A stretch of 63,751 nt of DNA, filler included, from Cercozoa sp. M6MM (taxonomy: Eukaryota > Protista > Endomyxa: Ascetosporea): the NCBI GenBank assembly GCA_040357565.1. It is 7 parts of 7 records of this genome, joined end to end, with 100 filler letters (N's around TTAATTAATTAA, not from the genome) between each part and the next. Parts side by side here need not be neighbours in the genome. Positions count along the whole stretch, not along the records: positions 57,572 to 62,042 come from JBDODJ010001130.1; positions 62,143 to 63,751 come from JBDODJ010001977.1; 5 more parts are not named here. One strand, 5' to 3'. Of this stretch, positions 57,639 to 63,751 are shown one piece after another. The translations under genes were made by a program, and so were the position numbers. How positions within the stretch are numbered: position 1 is the stretch's first letter; each line of letters opens with the position of its first letter. Under the pieces are notes generated by a model. It made no database searches. It worked only from the letters and a program-made list of their open reading frames with translations, and was not told the DNA's origin.

Positions 57639-58593
57639 CAACTCGAAAGCAGTGACAACACCGTCGCCACACACCGAGGTTCGTCGCTTAGCGTAACACA
57701 GCCGCGCCGTCTTGTCGAAAACGACAACGCGAAACTCCACATCGGCACGCACGAAAGGTGACACGACCTGTATTCCAACTATATCAAGTTAACCACTCTC
57801 TCTCTGTAATATAGGTAGAGCTACGACATCGCCGCCCTGGTCAAAGAGAGCGCGCGCGGCCTCCTCGGCGTTTTCCAAGTCGGCACACAGCAAAACTCCC
57901 TTGCCGCCAGTGCCAAGTTTCGGCTTCACCACCAGTGCACCTACTCAGCGGACAGTCACTACCTACGAGACAGACCCCGCAGCAGCAGCCGGTACTACCG
58001 TCGTTATCGGCAGTGTGCCAGTGCTGGGTTGCAACACGCAACTGCTCACTCAGAGAGAAGTCAGGAGCGTGTGGCATGTTCGGAGACATCAACAACGCGT
58101 GCGGAATGTGCGGAATCTCTGCCGTGCTACACGCACGTAACATGCAAGTACCTATCTCCTCAAACGAAGGTACAGCAGTATACCCCAGCACAGAGGAGCA
58201 CGCGGCCTTGTCGCAGCAGATCAGCGCGGCGCTCGCCGAGTTTACCGGAAAGTTGTAACCGAAAACTGCAGCAAGTGCACGAACATAAACACAGCACACA
58301 CAAACATCAAGGGACACAAAGAAACCAGTGCGCCGCCTGCCAGTAGAAGCATGCCGCAGCACGGCAATCCACCCGCCGCTCAACATGGTCAGCTCGAGGC
58401 CACGCACCTGTCGCAAAGCCTTGTAAAATTAACGCCCTCAAAATCGTACACGCGGAGGTACCTCGCACACGCGTCGCAGCCAGTGCTCCAGCGACCGAAC
58501 GGCGGCGCGCGGCCGCAGCGCCGGGGGCAGCTCCACCGACGCGAAACGGTGTGCTGCATGCACTCGCCGGGCGCTCCACTGGAGTCTTTGCAT
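57639..58593 (-). CDS. RimK-like ATP-grasp ligase, bacterial type (3' partial)
   Basis: Spliced VFGYNFPVNSASAALICCDKAACSSVL...IPHIPH, LVVKPKLGTGGKGV, VSPFVRADVEFRVVV, CYAKRRTSVCGDGVVTAFEL. Confidence 0.8.
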
Positions 58594-58733
58594 TCCACGC
58601 TGACTTTAAACCCGTTCAAGTGCCCCTAGGAGCGCAAACTCTCACAGAGAATCTGCTTGACATCTTTTTATTTCATCTCGTAAAATTCTAATCCTCGTAC
58701 ACGGTATTACTGTGTGTGCGCGTGTGCCTAAAG

Positions 58734-60916
58734 ATGGAGCAGTACGAAGCGCGCGGTTCTGCCGCTCTGCGTGAGCTCCAGCGCGTTTTGACCCGGTACC
58801 GTCATTCCCCACTGTCAGTTGTCGGCTTTTTAGGGGTGGTGCGTGTGCTTTTGTAGTGAACACAATGTGCCCTGCCGCGTGGTGTTCTACGACAACAGTC
58901 AAAACACAATGCCCAAATTCACGTTCTCGCTGGTGGATCTGCCCAAGAAGTCGGTGCGTGAAGGTGAATCTTGCAAATGCAGTTGCTTAGTCAGTCCTGT
59001 CCTTTTTGTATCAATCGATCGGAGTGCAGGAAACTGCGCGGCGTTCGTTATTCCGCGCGGACGCGAGCATTCGTTTGAGTTCAACGCAGCTTCAGCACTG
59101 CAGCAGCTTGGCGAACAAGCCGGTTTCCGCCGACTTGTATGTTTCACTATCGATGGGGGGGGGGGGGGGGGGGGGGATATTCTGATTCGAAGTTTGTAGA
59201 TTGTGGTGGCGCGTGGCAGAGGCGCGAACTACGAAAACACGGCGCATCTGGAGGCGGCTCTGTCTGTACGATTCTGCCTGTTGTTTATGCCAGCTTGGCA
59301 TTGTGGGTGTGTAGGTGTTGCTTCCGAAGCTTGCCCCTCGCGGCGGCAACCGACGTCAGATCATTCCTCTGCTGTCAACTGGATCGCAGTACTTTGCATT
59401 TGTAGCAAAGTACCAAATATGAGTTGTTTTGTGTGATAGGGTTGAGGACATTGAAGCAACTGAAGTGGCCAAGGGTGACAACTGGGTCGTTGAGGTATCC
59501 TTGCTTTTTGTCCTTCTGTTTGTGTGCAACTTGCTGATGACCGATGCAGGATTATCAAGCGCCGCACCACTGCAGTGGACATCATGGTACTACAGCAATC
59601 AACGATGTGATCAAACGCGTGCAAACACATGCTTGTGTCCAAACACAGACCACTCGCACTCGCACGAAGAGCGTCCGCGTCGCCGTCTGGTCTTTTTGGA
59701 CACAGACCTGACGCAGTCCGAGGCTTTCCTGGACGCTACCAACAACTCGATCGATTTTGGCACTCTCGCGTGCGAGTACCAGTACGGCTTTGTTGCTGGT
59801 ATGCCCTCTATATAAACACTACATATTTTATTCCTATCTCATTGTACAGCTCTGTCTCAAATCCGCAATGTGGCCGGTATGCTGTCTGGCGATTCGACTG
59901 GTGCACTCTTCTTACAGACATTTATATAATACACTATGTATATATATGAAACAGAGTGCCTGAACGCTGCTATTGTGGGTGTCGGTGCTGGCAGTTTCCC
60001 CATGTTCCTGCGGCACCGCTTCGGTCAGGAGCAGCTCCGTCTGCACAGTTGCGACATTGACGAGGGTGACCCTTCTTATCTTCTCTACACCTTCTGTTCC
60101 AGTTTTGTGTTCTGTTGTCGCAGAGGTGGTGAAGGCGGCACGTGACCACTTTGGCTTTGCTGCGCCGTGTGACATCGAGGACGGCGTGCAGTGGACCAAT
60201 CGTCACATCGAGCAGGGCACGCTGTTCGACGTGCTCGTGGTGGACGTCAATGGCGACGCTGCCGTCGGCATGACCTTCCCGCCGGCTGACTTTGTCTCTG
60301 ACGACATTATTGAGGTGTGTCCGACATTGTTATGCATGTGACTGATCAGGGTTGCTTCGAAGGATTGATTGTATGTTGCACAGAACACGTGGGCTAAGGC
60401 ACTCAAGCCGTTCGGTGCCCTTGTGCTCAATCTCGTGTGTCGCAACGAGGAGCTGCGAACGCAGGTGCTGGGCCGTCTGGCGTGCCACTTCAAGACCATG
60501 TTCATCTACCAGATTCCTGGCCACGTGTACCGTAATCTGTGTGGCCATGTGGTGTCCGCAATAATGGCTTGATGTGTTGCTTTTCACGCAGCAACTGGAC
60601 CGTGCTATTGGTGCGCGAGCCGGATGGCACCACGTCGGACAAGCAGAGCGATGCCGCTCTTGCCACGCTGTTGCAGGGCTCGGGTCACGAGATGTTGCAC
60701 GGGTACACCTTCTTTTGTGAAAAGACTGCTGGATACTTCCCTTCGCGTTTCTGGATTGCAGAGTGCATGAAGTGCGGGAGACGCGCACGCGCCGTTCGAC
60801 AGCCAAACGACGCAAGGTGTTCATTTCATGGAAACATCTCAGCTCGCTTGAGGGCACTTGTTACTGTATGTTCGTAGAACAAGAAAAAGAAGAAGAAAAT
60901 TGAAAGCGCTGATTAG
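58734..60916 (+). CDS. METTL13: METTL13-like eEF1A methyltransferase (linker plus C-terminal spermidine-synthase-like domain only)
   Basis: AAFVIPRGREHSFEF...QAGFRRLIVV, RRLVFL...QSEA, LACEY, IVGVGAGSFPMFL, DGVQW, FDVLVVDV...GMTFPPADF, LNLVCR. Confidence 0.88.
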
Positions 60917-61055
60917 TCCTCATCGCATGGCCGCACCGCGGCTCAGATATCGGTGGCGACTGAATTTGTAGTTTAGCCAAATAATCGTCACATTAATCGA
61001 TTGAATAACTAGAGGAGTTTTTTGTCCCAACCCGGACTGGTGCAGAGCAACTACT

Positions 61056-61226
61056 TAGTTGGTTGCATCAACGGGCATGGCGGGGTTTTTCGAGACTTAC
61101 CCGCCTTCCCCTCTTTACCCCTTGCTCCCCTTACCCCTCTTACCCCAATTTATCCCCTTACCCCCTTTCAGCCCCCTTATCCCCTTAACCTCGAAAAACC
61201 CCGCCATACCCGACTCAACTGACTAG
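61056..61226 (+). repeat. inverted-repeat-bounded C-rich element (candidate structured intron or MITE)
   Basis: Inner arms 61072-61094 / 61190-61212 (23 bp, 1 mismatch); outer arms 61056-61065 / 61216-61225 (two G-U pairs); loop of ttacccc filler. Confidence 0.75.
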
Positions 61227-62042
61227 AAAGTGATTGGCCACCGACTACCGAATCAAAAATCACCGAAGAAACGCCTCTCCGCTATTGAAACTCCACTGAA
61301 GGACGCGCAATTGCCAAATGACCCATCATGTGCACTTTGCCCTACTGTGTACTTCTTGAAGCGACACTGAAGCCTAACCCATCCGTCAGTGATTTCACTT
61401 GATCGATCACCGAACCTACTGCAGTCAAATTGATCGAGCACATGAGCGAGACAACGAGTTCCTGATTCTTTTACCTGACGGTTTGATATTGAGTAAATCA
61501 ACCGGGATTTTGTTGTTTCCTTTGACTGTCTTCGCAAGAACATCTTTTGGCTGAGACGTCAGAGATTGCCCGTCTGCGGAGCAAAGCAAACAGCCAAGCG
61601 TATCGATACTTCTATTGCGCTATTGGCTTTGACTTGTGCGGGGCGCAGCACTCTGGGATCGATACTATCTCACTTGCATTCCGCAGATCTCCAAGCAGAC
61701 AGTGGCACTCCACTAGAACACGCTGGGCTGTGTGTTTGAATGCGACTGCTCTCACTGTTATGCGCGGTACGTTTCTTGGTCAGCTTGATCTGACTGGAAG
61801 AAAACGCACTGACTAATTATTGAGAGAATATGAGAATGAGATTATTTTGTTTTTTGTCCCGAAAACAGGGAGCTGCTGTAGCCGCTCCTCTCACCACTAC
61901 GGTTCGTTTCGATTCTCCCCTTCTCTCCCTCTCTCTCAACCTCCTGTATGGCAGACCTTCGACGTCGCTCTGTTGTATCCCAATGGTAGATTGAAACGAC
62001 TCTTTGTATCCCCGCTTACCCCCCCCCATTAGATACATTTGG
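61227..62042 (+). CDS. probable multi-exon hypothetical gene (partial)
   Basis: Pyrimidine-rich GT-AG introns on + strand (~61902-61954, ~62006-62031) around open exons such as TFDVALLYPNGRLKRLF. Start unresolved. Confidence 0.35.
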
Positions 62043-62142
62043 NNNNNNNNNNNNNNNNNNNNNNNNNNNNNNNNNNNNNNNNNNNNTTAATTAATTAANN
62101 NNNNNNNNNNNNNNNNNNNNNNNNNNNNNNNNNNNNNNNNNN

Positions 62143-62183
<41 letters not shown>

Positions 62184-62700
62184 TGCATGTGCATGTGCAT
62201 GTGCATGTGCATGTGTGTGCTGTGTTCAGCTGTCTTGAAACTAACGAAAGTAATACGCCTGCCGGGTCGGTTCGATCGGTTTATACTATATACATATTAG
62301 TTAAAGTACTGACTGTACGCGTGCGGTGACGCCGGCTTTACTTCGGTCAGTTAGTAGCCAAGACCGCCTGATCGGTCGCGATCGGATGCCTCGGGTTCGG
62401 TTAGCGGAGTCGAGCATCGCACGTACGCCGTGCGTGTATCGTCGTGGGTGGGTATCGTACGTCCGTGTGTGTGCGCGCGTGCGCGTGTATGCGTGTGTGT
62501 GTGTGTGTGTGTGTATGTGTGTGGTGTGTGTTCAGTCCAGTTGGCTCGCGTCGCGTGGTGCCTCGAGACGGCCGACGGACAGGAAGAAGGAGGCTGTATA
62601 TGATACAAGAGGGACGCGAAAGTACATGTGTCTGTGCCTGTGTGTCTGTTCTGTGTTTGCTTGTTGTTGTTGTTGTTGTTTGTTGTTGTTGTGGACGCTC

Positions 62701-63710
62701 TCAGGTGAGGTCACTCAACGTCAGATTCTGCGCGCGGATCGACTCGAGGATCGAGTCAAAGATGCGCTGCACACAGGCATATATATGTATATATAGGTCT
62801 GCGTATAGGCAAGAGTACCACAGCAGAGGAGCCGTCGACAGCACTCGTTACGTGCACAAACAGACGTCGCGGTCGGCCCTAAGTAGCGGCAAGAGGGTAA
62901 AGAGGGGGTAAAGGGGGTAAAGAACGTAGCTACCGTGCTGGTGCGTCGCGCAAACAGCGACTCGAACAGTCGCCGGATGTAGTACACGGCATGAATCACA
63001 CGGTCGCGCTGACTGCACACGGAGGGGGGGGGGTAAAGGGGTATGAGAGGGGGAAGGGGTAGGGGGGTAAAACACCTCATGTTGTGCATATCGACGCTGC
63101 AGTAGCAAGGCGCCGTCTCGCGGAATTCGTGCCACGGCTCCTCGTGCGGCGACTCGTACTGCACGTTGCGCGCTCTGTCAGGTAAAGAGGGGTAAAGAGG
63201 GGGGTAAAGAGGGGGGTAAAGGGGTAACCTACCTGCTCTGCGTGCGATGCCGCCGCGACTGGCAGATGGACGGTTTGCGCGTGTCGACCTCCTGCAGCAG
63301 TCGCGTCGCTTCCACCGCTCGTTGCCGACTCTCTTGCTGCGTGTGTGTGTGTGTGTGTGTGCACGACATTCTACTCCCCTTGACCCCCTTAGTCCCCCTT
63401 CCCCCCTTCCCCTGCCCCCCGTACCAGAGCGTCGTTCCAGCGAAAGTCCTTGGCGCGCTGACGTCGCTGGAGTTCCTGCTGCTGCTGCTCGCGTCGCTCC
63501 TGCCGTATGTATATATGCATGTATGTATTTATGTATGTATGTTTGTAGGTATGTAGGTATGCTTGTATGTACGTAGGTATGTACAGTATGTGTACAGGTA
63601 GATAAGTATAGGCACACATATATGCGCATGTAGACAGACACACCAAGACGAGTTGTTCCTCGCGCACGCGACGACGGTACTCGACCATGCCGAGTTCCTG
63701 TCCGAGGTAT
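62701..63710 (-). CDS. heterotrimeric G-protein alpha subunit, C-terminal part (5' partial)
   Basis: AVYYIRRLFESLF...RRLFVHVTSAVDGSSAVRIFDSILESIRAQNLTLSDLT* matches alpha4-beta6-G5(TxAxD)-alpha5. Confidence 0.75.
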
Positions 63711-63751
63711 AAAGGGGGTAAACAGGGGGTAAACAGGGGGTAAACAGGGGG

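Overview
Eukaryotic nuclear DNA, most likely a protist (inference; I cannot fix the taxon), with standard genetic code and no prokaryotic features. The window is seven contigs concatenated by artificial N-TTAATTAATTAA-N linkers (2619, 9674, 16809, 34787, 57516, 62087), so adjacency across linkers means nothing. Genes are densely packed and very intron-rich (GT-AG, weak donors), so the ORF track is mostly misleading. I spliced about 27 gene models by hand. Recognisable genes: mitochondrial glycerol-3-P dehydrogenase, NIPA Mg transporter, PDR-type ABCG, Vps55, CHCHD2/Mix17, class II DAHP synthase, DDX47/Rrp3, DHHC palmitoyltransferase, LanC-like, Tousled-like kinase, organellar DEAD-box helicase, annexin, ALDH, cAMP-receptor-like GPCR, FAS1 protein, PrsW-like protease, PDK1, RimK-like ATP-grasp, METTL13 and a G-alpha C-terminus. 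Most notable: (1) unusual architectures: fascin-polyQ-annexin, F-box+Yae1, split FAS1, METTL13 lacking its N-domain; (2) bacterial-type enzymes carrying introns; (3) introns filled with a sense-strand-biased TTTACCCC motif, plus GT..AG-bracketed inverted-repeat hairpins that may be introner/MITE- or mirtron-like. All models are manual and need RNA-seq confirmation.
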